From contig JALAGF010003954.1 of assembly GCA_030167865.1 (NCBI GenBank), positions 51,541 to 71,540 of the forward strand: a stretch of DNA of 20,000 nucleotides, written 5' to 3'. A program made the position numbers and the translations under genes. Position 1 is the stretch's first letter. Every line of letters starts with the position of its first letter. The notes under the pieces are model-generated. The model worked only from the letters and a program-made list of their open reading frames with translations, made no database searches and was not told where the DNA came from. The DNA comes from Craspedostauros australis. Taxonomy: Eukaryota. Shown piece after piece: positions 6,068 through 17,196 of this stretch.

Positions 6068-8802
6068 ATGGAGATCGCCAGACCATCAACGGCAGACGGC
6101 CAAAGAATGGCCATCAAGAAAGCGCTGCAGTCGTCAGGCTTGCGCAAGATCTCGGATGAGCTGCTCATCAAGTGTGAGTTCGTGCTTTTGCTCCATGCTT
6201 TGCTGCGTGAGTGAGGTTGACAACGTCATGTGATGCGATGTGATGTGTTCCGTTCACTTGTGCTCTTCTGTCGTGCTTGAGTGTTGCGATCGTGGAAAGC
6301 GCTTGCGTGTGAACCTGTTCGAGCACAGACAGAGATTGACCGATCCAATTCCATTAAATTCCATTCAATCCGAACCAAACCAAACCAATCCAATACATCG
6401 ATACATACACCCATGCTGACGACGCAGGTGTGGGGATCTCAACTGCCCTCCAGCTCACTCCAGAACAACTCGGCGAATCATGGGAGGCATTCAGCCTGAC
6501 GAAGAACATTTCGGAGCTCACGGAGCACAACTTCGCGTCGTACAGAACGGAGCTGATCAAGCATTCCTCCGTCCCGAACACGGCAAGCGCGGGCGCTGTG
6601 GTCAATCGCAATGGAAAACGGCCCAACCACGACTACTCCAACGTCGTGACGCCGCCGCCAAAGAAAGCCGTATCGCGCACACCAGCTGGTGGCCAATCGT
6701 GGCCGGGCAGCGCATCCTCCAGCGTCAGCAGAACCTTGGACGTCGGTGCGCCAGCAACGCGAGGTCCCACCTACGATGAGCGGGCAGGTGCGGGGACTGT
6801 GGTGGCGACGTACAAGCCATCGAACTTTGCGCCAGTGGAACGCATTGCGCCAACCGAGGATCGGCGGTGCAGAATCTCCACGGATGATATCCGCACGAAT
6901 ACGACCAAGCCATACCGACACATGTTCACAACGCTCGCCGATCGAGCCAAATGTTTGGATGAGCATCTCGATATCATGTCGGAAGCGATTACGGAGAAGT
7001 ACGGCATCGGTCCTGGAGAAGGCAGCATCGCACCCCTCGAGGCGGTTGGCATTCCATCGCAGAGCAAGATCACTTGCGTTGGGCGCATTTGCAACGAGGT
7101 GAGTTCATCATTGGCGGGTGTACAGTGTCTACTGTGCTGCCTTGCACGAAACACTGTGCGCACATGTGCGTATACGTACATGTCTGGACACACGCACAGA
7201 CTCACACACACTGTTGATTCTGCATCTCACAACATCACGCAACACTCTTCGAATCAATTCGTGCCTGTCACCATGCTATTCAAACGCCACAGGCCCACAA
7301 TGGAAAATTGAACGCTGCATCCATCGTTCTGGAAGGTGCGCGAGGCACATCGGGAGGTGCCAGAATCAATGTCGACCTCACACAAATGAAACGCGACAAG
7401 ACGGCATACTCGCTGTTCCCTGGTCAAATCGTCGCAATCGAAGGCATGAATCCCACAGGGCGCAAGCTCATTGCGGAACGAATCTGGGAAGGCGCAGCAC
7501 AACCCATGGCCACATCCAGTGTGAAGGAGATGAGGAAGCATGTTGCCAAGCAGGATGACATGCCCCTGCGTGTCATGGTGGCCAATGGTCCCTACACGAC
7601 GAGCGACGACACAGAGTACAAGCCGTGGGTGGATCTCATGTCCAACGTCATGGAGACCGCGCCGGATGTTGTCGTCCTGTCCGGTCCCTTCCTGGATACG
7701 AGACAGAAGGCGATCCGAACGGGACACACCAAGCTTGAACTGGAGGACGGTGATGCATTGATTGTGCCGTACGAAGTCTTCTTCGCCAACAAGATCGCGT
7801 CGTACATCGAAGAAGTCGTTCGGACGAAGGAGGAAGAAGGCGAAGCGTTCCACACCCAATTCGTGCTCATCCCAAGTATTGACGATGCCGTGTCGGAGGT
7901 TGTGTAAGTCAATTCTGTGATCGTTGATGCTTGTATGCAAAGTGTATGAAACTAAAACAGCTTGCGTTCCATTGCCTTGCAAGAAACGAGCAAATAGTCA
8001 TACATTGCTTTCTTCGGTATGCATGCTTTCTCATATCATTCTCCTCTTTCTCCTTCCTCACTCGTCATCTGCAACGACCGTGTACCACATCGGTGTATGC
8101 GACGCTCTGTGGACACTCATTGCCGACTTGCCCACTCTGTCGTTGCAACAACAATGACTACAACAACAATGACTACAACAACAATGCTTACTCTGCAGCT
8201 ACCCACAAGCACCGCTGACCGATCGCGTCAAGGGTGGTGGACACGAGGACAGCATCCCCGGAGGCGGGTTGGAAATTGGTACCTTGGGACTGGACCGCAT
8301 CAACAAATCGTTCAAGCAAGCCAAGATCATGTGCCTTTCCAATCCGTGCACGTTCAAGATCAACGAGACGGTCTTCGGTATGACGTCCAACGACACGCTA
8401 TTCCATCTCAGCATGGAGCAGACCAATGAGTTCCTCCCGCCAGGTTCTCGGCTGAAACGAATCGCGGAGCATGTCATCAAACAGCGCAGCTACTATCCGC
8501 TGTTTCCCGCACCGGCCAACCTTCCCATCAATCTCGATTTGAAGAAGATGGACAAGATGCGTCTGCCTTGCCAGCCGGATATCCTGATCCTGCCATCGAA
8601 GCTCGCGACCTTCGCTGCCGCAGTATCCAACACCGTCATCGTCAATCCAGGCTACCTCAGCCGTGGAACCACGGGTGGAACGTACGCAATCCTCCACATC
8701 AACCCAGTCAACCGCGACAGTCTGGACAATGCCGGAGCTGACGATGTGCAAGTACCGCATGACATCGTCAATCGCACCATGGTCGAAGTGAAGAAGATCT
8801 AG
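6068..8802 (+). CDS. POLA2: DNA polymerase alpha-primase subunit B (POLA2/Pol12), 4 exons, 663 aa
   Basis: Exons 6068-6173, 6428-7098, 7293-7903 and 8199-8802 total 1992 nt in frame. Splicing restores the family motifs LLIKCVGISTALQLTPEQLGESWEAF, GRICNEAHNGKLNAASIVLEG, YSLFPGQIVAIEGMNPTG, VANGPYTTSDD, PDVVVLSGPFLD, VYPQAP, NPCTFKINE, QRSYYPLFP, PDILILPS and VNPGYL. Confidence 0.95.
6174..6427 (+). other. POLA2 intron 1 (254 nt, phase 1)
   Basis: GTGAGT donor. Branch-like GCTGAC at 6415-6420 directly before the acceptor GCAG. The join gives T|GT (Cys), in frame with the tracked ORF at 6430. Confidence 0.85.
7099..7292 (+). other. POLA2 intron 2 (194 nt, phase 0)
   Basis: GTGAGT donor after GRICNE and CACAG acceptor. 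The join gives AHNGKLN, in frame with the tracked ORF at 7308. Confidence 0.9.
7904..8198 (+). other. POLA2 intron 3 (295 nt, phase 2)
   Basis: GTAAGT donor and TGCAG acceptor. The join restores V-YPQAP. Confidence 0.9.
8146..8190. repeat. 3 x 15-bp tandem repeat (CAACAACAATGACTA) at the 3' end of POLA2 intron 3
   Basis: Units 8146-8160 and 8161-8175 are identical; 8176-8190 is the variant CAACAACAATGCTTA. Confidence 0.9.
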
Positions 8803-9125
8803 AGCAGAGCAGTTGGAGAGTGGGCAGAAAACAGACCAAGGTTATTGACACCACCATTGATGTTTGGGGATAGAGTAATGGAAAGAGATTCACAATAAAT
8901 GAATGTATCGTCACACAAAGAGCCGACTCCACTTCGACTGACTGTACTTGCCGCTCTTCAATCAATTCGTTCGATTCGGCTGACCAGCGTTTGCTTGTTA
9001 AGACGACGACAACCAAATCGTCATCAACCATGACGAAACACAACGCAGGATCCCCTCACCTGGATTGTTACCAACTCAATTGAGATCATGTATCGATGTA
9101 CTTTATTTATTTACAGTATTTCGCT

Positions 9126-9145
9126 CTGTTCTGTTCTGTTCTGTT
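9126..9145. repeat. (CTGTT)4 microsatellite between the convergent POLA2 and carrier genes
   Basis: ctgttctgttctgttctgtt read directly. Confidence 0.85.
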
Positions 9146-9263
9146 GTTCTGCTATGCTCAATATGTGTTATCTTCGCTTCTGCTATTCCGCTGACATGCG
9201 ATAATGACGATGATGATGGTATCAGAGCATCATGCGCATGCTCACGCTCACGAGTAACCCTCT

Positions 9264-10411
9264 CTAAATGCTCTTGAATCCGAGCTTGTCGTACAGGAAT
9301 TCGATCGTCAGCAGCTGCAACGTTGCCATTGGTGCGAACCGTGCCCAGATGGGGACGAACCCTCTCCACAACGAAAGGACGCCTTCCTTTTGGACCGTCT
9401 GGACGAGGCAGTCGGCCATTCCATTGTACACGCGGGCATTCGTCGGCTGGCTCATCAATTTCGTGCGAATTCTGTCGAATGGAGCGACGGTGCATGTCAT
9501 GAAGAAACCTGCCACGAAGCTGGAGGAGAATGCTGTGCGGGTGTCCTTGCGGGCCCATCCGGTTGCGTTGACGACGTATCCCTTCGTGACGTCGTAAACA
9601 CCCATCTTGGTGGAATTCAACGCGCACGCGCGCATCATGTTGACGCCCAAACCTCTGTAAAATCCTCCCATGCCTTGATCGATGTGCATGCTTTGCACGA
9701 GCTCCTTCATTGGAAGCGACGGTCCCTTGTTGGTTTGCGCCAGCGTCTTCAGAACATCGAATGGATTTCCAGCCATGGCACCGACGGCGCCGGTGAAAGC
9801 GCCTGCAATGAATTTCATGTAAAATGGCGCTCCCGGAGCATTCGCGCCGATTGCATCTCGAACTGTGGTCAGCGTGGAGTAGGAAAATGGAGAAATGGAT
9901 AGTGCGAGGAATGGAAGGAACAGATTCGTGTGAATGCGGGACGAGTGGAATTCAAATCAAAGAACCAAGTTGATGCGGAATGGCCAGAGAAGAAATGAAG
10001 AAAAGGCCGGCTTGCTCGTGCATGCGCGATGTCATAGGCGTCCCGTGCTCACGTACCTGGTGCGTAGGCCCCGAGACGGATGGCGGTGTTGGAACCTTCG
10101 CGCAAATAGGCGAATGGAAGACCCTTCCAGAATGCGGTGAGTCCTTCGTTTCGGTATGTGGATGATACCATTGCCGCGACTCCACTCTCCGACAACTGCA
10201 CGCGAGACTTGACGAGCTCGATGGGATGCGTGAAGTTGACAGCGAAGACGGCTGCCGCGCCCCCAAGAGCTGTTGATTGCAGCAGCGATGGGTGCGAAGA
10301 GGATGGCGCTGCCTTGGCGTGCTTCAGCGTCAGCGTGCGCTTTGGTTCGAGCTGTGGTGCCAGCATCTGCGTTGCTGATGTCGCGATTGGTGTTGGTGTT
10401 TGTGGTGCCAT
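9264..10411 (-). CDS. Mitochondrial carrier family (SLC25) protein, UCP/oxoglutarate-dicarboxylate carrier-like, 2 exons, 317 aa
   Basis: Exons 10411-10057 and 9862-9264 total 954 nt. Three carrier signatures ([24 protein letters not shown]) plus [14 protein letters not shown] and EGVLSLWRG. Arg contact points in [19 protein letters not shown] and WARFAP suggest the UCP/OGC/DIC group. Confidence 0.92.
9863..10056 (-). other. Mitochondrial carrier intron (194 nt, phase 1)
   Basis: On the minus strand: donor GTACGT and acceptor GCTGACCACAG with an adjacent branch-like motif. The join gives [22 protein letters not shown]. Confidence 0.9.
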
Positions 10412-11410
10412 TTTGGTGTTGTTGGAGCTGTTGGAGCTTGTCTAATGATCGTAGTTGTTCTGTGGAAAGGTCTGCGAGTCGGTGTGGTGTGACGTGATGT
10501 GACTGTGAATGACGTTATGGAGAAGCCAAGGAGGAGAGGAGTGATGCGTTTGCAAGTGAGTGAATGAGTTTGTGTGGGTGTGCAACTCGAACTCGATCTG
10601 ATTTTGTGAGCCGATGGTTGGCTTCGGCGTCGTTGTCATCGTCGTCTGCAATTTCGCCTCCAATTCCGTTGTCCAACTGCAAATACGCACGTACCAGAAG
10701 GAGGAGACTGTGGATGCTGTGGCTATGAGATAATGAACGAACGATCAAGGAGTGAGCGAGAGACAGAGAGCGAGGATGATGGATGCAATTTCCGCCGATG
10801 ATGAGACCAACCGCCACTCAGCTGGTTGGTTGGTTCCTGTTGCATCGATGCGAGAGGTTTCCGGTTGCGTTGTCGCAGATCGGAGGCTTGAAGTTTCCTC
10901 TCTTCCGGTGTGAAGTGCTCAAACGTGCGTGTCGTTTCCGTTCCTTTGATCGTTTCCACAAGGACAACGTCACAAAAATGTGAAGACGTGTTGCAATTGC
11001 AAGCGCCACCCAAACATTCGCAGATGGTCATCCGTGATTGGATGAGGAAACGTATCATGGTTCTGGCACTTCCAATGACCTCGTCCGTCGACAATCACGA
11101 TATACTCAAAACGTGCTTTTGTCGTATCGAGTGAACAATACGGATAATGCGGAAAATTACGACATACCGCAGCTTTTTAACGTCTAGAGGACGATGTACT
11201 CGCTAGAGAGTAGACAAGGCGATTCCCATCACAATGCTGAGGTAGAAAACACACTGACGACTGTGGTGGCACACAAAAGTGAGACTTTCAATTAACTCAA
11301 GAGCAATACCTTGCATCAGAGTAGAGGAGAGTGGAGTCGATTCGATTTGAAGAGAGCAGAGTATTCACCATCTGTCATAATGTTATGCAATACTACACAG
11401 TGGTGTGACA

Positions 11411-12358
11411 CTACTTGAGGCGCTTGCGTCTCCATTTGAACTGGGCTGGCTTTCCATTCTCCTGCTTCCCGACCTTGCGTTTGCGTCCCTTGGCCTGCAC
11501 GTTCTTCTCCGTCACAAGATGCTTCTCCGCCATTTCAAGCGCCGCAGCTCGCTCCTTCCTCGCCTCCAATTCCAAGTAGGCGCGTTCTCGGGCCTTCTCA
11601 GATTTTCGCAGCGTTTTGCGATCCACCTTCATCAATTTCGCTTTCTGTTTGTCACCGGACTTCGCACTCGTCTTTACTCTTGCATTTTCGTCAGCGCTTG
11701 CAACATCACTGTCATCATCGGCGTCGCTATCATTCTCGTAGTAGGTCGCCCTGCCACCATGCAAGTCTTCAGCATCTGAACCACCTTCATCTCCATCTTT
11801 GTTGATGTTGCTGCTCACGGCTCTGTCCTTTGAATTCGCTCTTCCGGCTTTGCGCGGGCGATTGTACGCCCTCGAGCTGAGCTTCTTGGTCGTCTGAAAA
11901 TGGGCTGCAACGCTGAAATTGTCGGCCTCTTCAATATCATCGACGAACACCGTGTGCTTTCTCTCGGCCGCAGTCTTGTCCTGATGCTCCATGAAGTGCA
12001 ACGACATTTGCAACCGCTCGATCTTCTTGAGCTCCTTCTGCTTCTGCGTGCGGATGTAGCTGAGATCCTGATCCTTCATGAGCCGGATGATCTCGGGCGG
12101 CAGATCCCTCGATTCCGTGTTGGTGACGTGCTTGCCATCCTTGACTTGGGTGCGGTTCATGCCAAAGTAGAACTCATCGGGATTGCGCATCGCCGCCTTC
12201 TCGCGGATGCGCTTGATCGTCTTCTCCTTCTTGTGGTAATCATCGGCGCGCTGCTTGTAGTCCTTCTTCTTCTCGAGGATTCCCAGGTGCTGCCGGTTGA
12301 CTGGCTGCGACCGTTCCTTGTGCGCGATGCGCTTCACGGCGTTGCGCAGCGACGACAT
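11411..12358 (-). CDS. UTP11: U3 snoRNP / SSU processome protein UTP11, intronless, 315 aa
   Basis: MSSLRNAVKRIAHKERSQP, LGILEKKKDY, RNPDEFYFGM, LMKDQDLSY, HTVFVD and the C-terminal FKWRRKRLK are characteristic of Utp11. ATG at 12358-12356. Confidence 0.95.
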   Translation of the reverse strand: MSSLRNAVKRIAHKERSQPVNRQHLGILEKKKDYKQRADDYHKKEKTIKRIREKAAMRNPDEFYFGMNRTQVKDGKHVTNTESRDLPPEIIRLMKDQDLSYIRTQKQKELKKIERLQMSLHFMEHQDKTAAERKHTVFVDDIEEADNFSVAAHFQTTKKLSSRAYNRPRKAGRANSKDRAVSSNINKDGDEGGSDAEDLHGGRATYYENDSDADDDSDVASADENARVKTSAKSGDKQKAKLMKVDRKTLRKSEKARERAYLELEARKERAAALEMAEKHLVTEKNVQAKGRKRKVGKQENGKPAQFKWRRKRLK

Positions 12359-12870
12359 GATTCTGGGGCGTCGCACAGGTGTTTGGTGTTGCTTTTGACA
12401 AATGGGCTATGAACTCTCAACTCGACTCAGCCGTCGCGGCGGTGGTGGATGCAATTCAATGCGATGCACTGGATTGCGGGTATGGCGCAGTCCGATTGAC
12501 GAGTATAGTATTCTAGAATATAATGTGATGTGATGTGAGATGGAGTACTCTCCACAATGTGTCAGTGCTTTCTGTTCTCTATTGTGTTGTGTTCTCTGTT
12601 GCGTTGTGTTCTGTGTTGTGGAAGGAGTTCATTTTGTGGGATGCGGAGAAACTGTCGTGGTTGGTGTGAGCGACGTCTGTCGTTGGTCCGATCCTCCCTC
12701 CAAAAAAGATACTCCCACAAACACGAACCGCTGCGACTGTCATCACCATCCCGCATCGGTCGACATCAACTCTCACAACCACTCCATCACAATCACTCCA
12801 TCGCAATCACTTCATCAGGTGTACAATAGATCGGACGACTAGTTGTATATACCATACCTCCAAAAGGGAA

Positions 12871-15810
12871 ATGAGAGCACGGGTGGGAAAGCTTTGTTCT
12901 CGGGCCGCTCCCATGAGAGGGCAGCACACGCAACTCAACATCATTCCAGCATCGCAGGTTCGGCAGGCACGCTACGGCCATGGCAATCGCCCTTTGATGA
13001 CATGCGCATCAAGCTTTCCCATGCGCAGTCACAATGAGCACCAGCAGCAGCAACAACAGCAGCAACAGCAACAACAGCACCAGCAGCAGACCAAGTCGGA
13101 ACGCATCACGACAAACACGCGAATTCTGATCCGCGGCGTCGCCAGCGATGTGTTGCCTCACACGAAGAACGTCGTCGACGATGGCAATGGCGACGACGAA
13201 GAGAGGAGGCACGGCCTGGAATCCATCTCATTTGCGGATGCCCTCGCGAATCTTCCAGAGGGCGTCCACATCCACTTGGACTTCTTCGGGGAACCCATCA
13301 CGTTCGCTGGCGGTGCCACGTCCGCCAAAGTCAATACCGCTGTTGCCGCTTTGGATGGATTCGAGATCGGCGTGCTGTCCAAGGGCAAAGCATTCACGGG
13401 AGGTGGCGAAGAGAATGGCTTGAGCATTCAGGCCGCGCATGCCGCCGCGCAGAGCTGGTCGGAACTTCTGAGGCACGCATCGATATGGTCGTCACCCGAC
13501 AAGGCCGCGCCCATGCTGGCGTACGTCTGCGTCGCGCCGCTGCTGGCCCAGGCCGGCGTCGCGTACATGCAGCACGTCGACTTGCTGCTGGAACAGGCGG
13601 AATCGGGCGTCGATGGCATGCCTCCCATCCAGCTCGTGCCACTGGCCAAGTTCGCGGCGAGCTGGAAGGACGACGAGCTGCTCAACAGCAGGGAGAAGGC
13701 CCATCTGCGGGCTCTGGATGCCATGCTGTGTCACGATCACAACCGCGCGCTGCGTATCCTCATGAAGCACATCCGCAGCTGTCCCGGCGATGCGCTCGCG
13801 CTGAGCCTCGCCATGGATCTTAGCCAGGTTCTTGGCGACAAATCGGCAGCAACACGGTACGTTTCATGGGTGTTGCACGTGATCTCTTCCGATGGTTTGG
13901 CAGCGACTTGTGTGGCATTGTATGCAACATTCTATTTTATACTTTGTATTGCATGATTCAGCATCGTCATCGGCAGATGCTCGACTCTCCCAGAATAACC
14001 AGCTCCCGTGTGCATTCAAGGGCAAGGCTGTGGTGTGCTGCCTGCTCGGTTCCACTGCTTGCTTCGCGCACTCGACAGAAGACTCATCTTTGCGAACGCC
14101 TTGCACTGTTCAATCCTTCGCGGCGCACCAATCGATCCATCGTGCCAACGTACATGTGTGTGCATCATATTATATGTGGATTCGACTACTCTGCAAAATA
14201 CCATAATATGTTTGACTGTGTTGAAACCCACGCTTCGACCGCCGAGCAGAATCGCAGGTTCGGTTGCATCATACTGGAATGAACGAAGGAGCACATTCTT
14301 GCGCCCGGGCATTCCAGGACATCACACAGCGACGGCGCTGATTGCAGTGGGGCTTGCCGTCGGAGGCCGCACTGAAGAAGCCGAGCAGCTCATTAACTTC
14401 GCCATGAAGAGTGCAAAGAAAATATCTGGCGGCATTGGCACCCTTGCAATGGCCCAAGTTCTGGACCTGCAGGGTCGCACTGCAGAGGGTATTTCGGCAT
14501 GCGCCAACTTGGATGGTATGGTCCAATTCGAGGACTGCGGCCTTCTCTTCTTTGATTCTATTCTCGCGGGATACGGGGTCCGCTTCGCCGTCGACCGTGA
14601 GGAGCGCGGGCGAGGGAGGAGCAAGGCGCTTCGACTGTACGACAACAACTACGAGCGTATCCTCGACTACAGCGGCTTCGCCCAGGGCGAGGCCTGGGCA
14701 GAACCCGAGAAGAGAGCCCCGATGGGCTGGAATCGATCCGAATTCAACAAGAAATCCAAGCCAAGCCCCGCTGGTTTCATGGGCAGAGTGTTTGGAGACG
14801 GCGACGACGGTGGCAACGAGAAGAGCGGCATGCGCAGGAGCACCAACAGGCACGGTGGCGGTGCTGATAATGAAAACGACGATGGCGTTCAAGATGGTGG
14901 CATCATGCCCAAACAATCATCGCTGCCATCCGCAACACTGACCGAATGGACGCCAAGTTGCGAAGATGTCTTGACATGGTTGCCGCCAACGCCAAGGATA
15001 CTGACTGATGCGACGCTCTTGCTGCTGCGACTGACGTTGAACGGCACCATTTCGGTTCGCAACTACAGATGGGATGAGATGCGCAACGCATGGTCAGTCA
15101 CATTGAAACTGCAACGCAATGCTCAGAAAAGTGGAGAACCGTCCAATTTTGACTTCTACCCGCTAGCCTTCGTGACGGCGTCATTGTTGGCGCCACCGCC
15201 CAAATTGGGCACGCTGACGGGCACGACGGCCAAGATTGCGCACGGCTTGCACAAGATGGGAGAGCTCCTCAACCTCGGCAGCATCTCGCCAGGTGCTGAC
15301 GATGATGGCGAGGCCAACGGTGCTTTCGCTGACGATGACGGAGATGGCGCGCAAAGCTTCTTATCAACGCGGTTGATGCGAGAGATCGTTGCGGAGAAGG
15401 AGCCAAAGTTTTGGCTTCCAGCAACGGACGACAACGAAATCAACGAATGGAGGCTCGTCGTGCGGTTGCTTGCGAGCGGGTTGGACGGCGTCTACTGGCC
15501 TCTCGAGGACACCGAGAATGAAGCAGACGAGGTAGAAATATCCACCCCGTACGAAGGATGGGATGCGGATGTCCGTCCTTTGTTGGAACACGCGGTTGTG
15601 TACGCGGCCTGCAAATCCGGAGACGAAGAGAGCCTGGCTGTGGCGAGAGCCATCTGCAGCGAAGGCGTGACGCTGCGACCCAACTCGCCCGAGCAATGGT
15701 GGAGATATAGCATCGTTTTGGGATTGCTCGGTGATCAAGTTGCATCCGAAGATGCGCTGCAGGCAAGCATCGCCTTTGGAGGCGGCCAAGGTGTTCGGGG
15801 TGACATGTGA
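12871..15810 (+). CDS. TTC38-like tetratricopeptide-repeat protein, 2 exons, ~848 aa, possible mitochondrial presequence and polyQ
   Basis: Exons 12871-13856 and 14250-15810 total 2547 nt in frame. LNSREKAHLRAL, CPGDALALSLAMDLSQVLGD..TRIAGSVASYW and AEQL...AQVLDLQGRTAEG resemble TTC38-family repeats from memory. TPR-like C-terminus LRPNSPEQWWRYSIVLGLLGD. The start codon is uncertain. Confidence 0.7.
13042..13089 (+). repeat. CAG/CAA tract encoding Q12-H-Q3
   Basis: Read directly in the 12871 frame. Confidence 0.9.
13857..14249 (+). other. TTC38-like gene intron (393 nt, phase 2)
   Basis: GTACGT donor and GCAG acceptor at 14246-14249. The join CG|A (Arg) links tracked ORFs 12871 and 14008, and the interior has non-coding composition. 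Confidence 0.8.
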
Positions 15811-17115
15811 GGCAGGATTCATGCCCACCGACGAGTACTATGCACACATACAAAGAACTGTTGGTTGGAGTGCTCTCGCCAGACCGAAGTGTTCAGTGCT
15901 TTCATCTTGTGGTAGGTCCGGAGAGATGCGTGTTGCAACCAATGTTACCTTTTGTGGGTTAGCGAGTGTGTGGTTGGAGTTCTTTGGGAGTCCCTCGAAG
16001 CCCTTCCTTGTTCTGCTCAGCACATTGACAAGGAGCGCCTGTGAAGAAATCCACAAAGTGTAACTTCAGAGTCCTTGTTTCACACAAATTGTGCTTTATT
16101 TTTATTTGTCGTTGTTGTTGTTATCGTTTGTAGTTCTTGATGGCGAATTATGAGACCAAGATTTCCATCTTGCCACCCAATTTCCCATCTCTATTTTGCA
16201 CGCATAGTCGTACAGTTGGATTTCGTGTGCCGTTGTGACACGATTCGGAAGGGAAGGCTTTGTGGACTGCCGGTTGAGGACAACCATATGATGCAGTTCT
16301 CAAGGAGGATGAGTGTTTGGTGTAGTGTTGCTGAAACGATGGGTAGTAGTGATGTTTGTGCTAATCTTGGCTTTGCTATTGCAGTTATTATGAGTTGATC
16401 AGTTAGTGTAGTCAGGAGGAAGAAATGATGTTCATGCAGTTGGTACAGCTCTGCACTGATCCTCAGGGTTCAGTGTTGAGGGCAGACGAGTCTCCTTGCT
16501 CTGTTGACTTCTCCATCTGCAGTTGCTTTCCAGCACCAAGGCACAAGAACTTGACATCTTGTTGAAGTTGCGAAGAAGGCACAGCAGCAGTTGTGATAGG
16601 GATTTATGGTCGGATCCCCTGCTTGTGTTGAAGCAGGTTCGATCTCCTTGCAATGGCCATGGTGTCAGTGTAGTTGCCATAGCCAGAGAGGGAATCGAGA
16701 TAAGTTGCAATACAAGGATCTGGGGAGCATATAGTTCCAGGGCAGCTTGGATCGAGGCAACCATACCATTGAGTCAGCGATGGTCCGTGAATGAAAGGAG
16801 GGGAACAGAAACGTGGATTTGTGGTCGTCGGAGTCGGAAGACTTTGTGCCAACAGTGAATTTCAGGTAGCGACATAGAACACACTAAAATGGAAAGTAGT
16901 CTGTTCTTAATTGAACTTCAACTCATACTATTCATTCATTGTCCCACTCGTGCAATTCTCTTCATCTGGGACACTCGGCAGAAAGTCGGGATTCCCTTCA
17001 ACCAATCACACATTAACTAATTTCGCATCATGACATTATTCAACGGTGATGCAAAGTTGTTGTGCTTGGCGTCAAGTGCTCCCTTCAGAAAAACTCTAGT
17101 CGCAACAGAGAAACT

Positions 17116-17196
17116 CCCGACATTCCCGACGTCCCCGACATTCCCGACATCCCCGACATTCCCACCAAAACACCCGACATTCCCGACATCCCCGAC
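17116..17196. repeat. 9-bp tandem array CCCGACATY (8 CCCGAC cores) with alternating units forming an 18-bp higher-order repeat
   Basis: cccgacatt cccgacgtc cccgacatt cccgacatc cccgacatt cccaccaaaaca cccgacatt cccgacatc cccgac. Confidence 0.95.

Noticed and set aside
6430-8802. Fragmented POLA2 ORFs as a pseudogene or programmed frameshifts
   Set aside because: Canonical GT-AG introns join all pieces in frame and restore the conserved motifs.
7099-10056. Two introns of identical length (194 nt) as introner-like mobile introns
   Set aside because: No evident sequence similarity between them beyond the splice signals, so the match is treated as coincidence.
17116-17196. Repeat array as a CRISPR array or a PDIPDI/PTFPTS-coding gene
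   Set aside because: The units are 9 bp with no unique spacers, there are no cas genes, and the context is eukaryotic. ORFs across it are short and exist because the repeat lacks stops.
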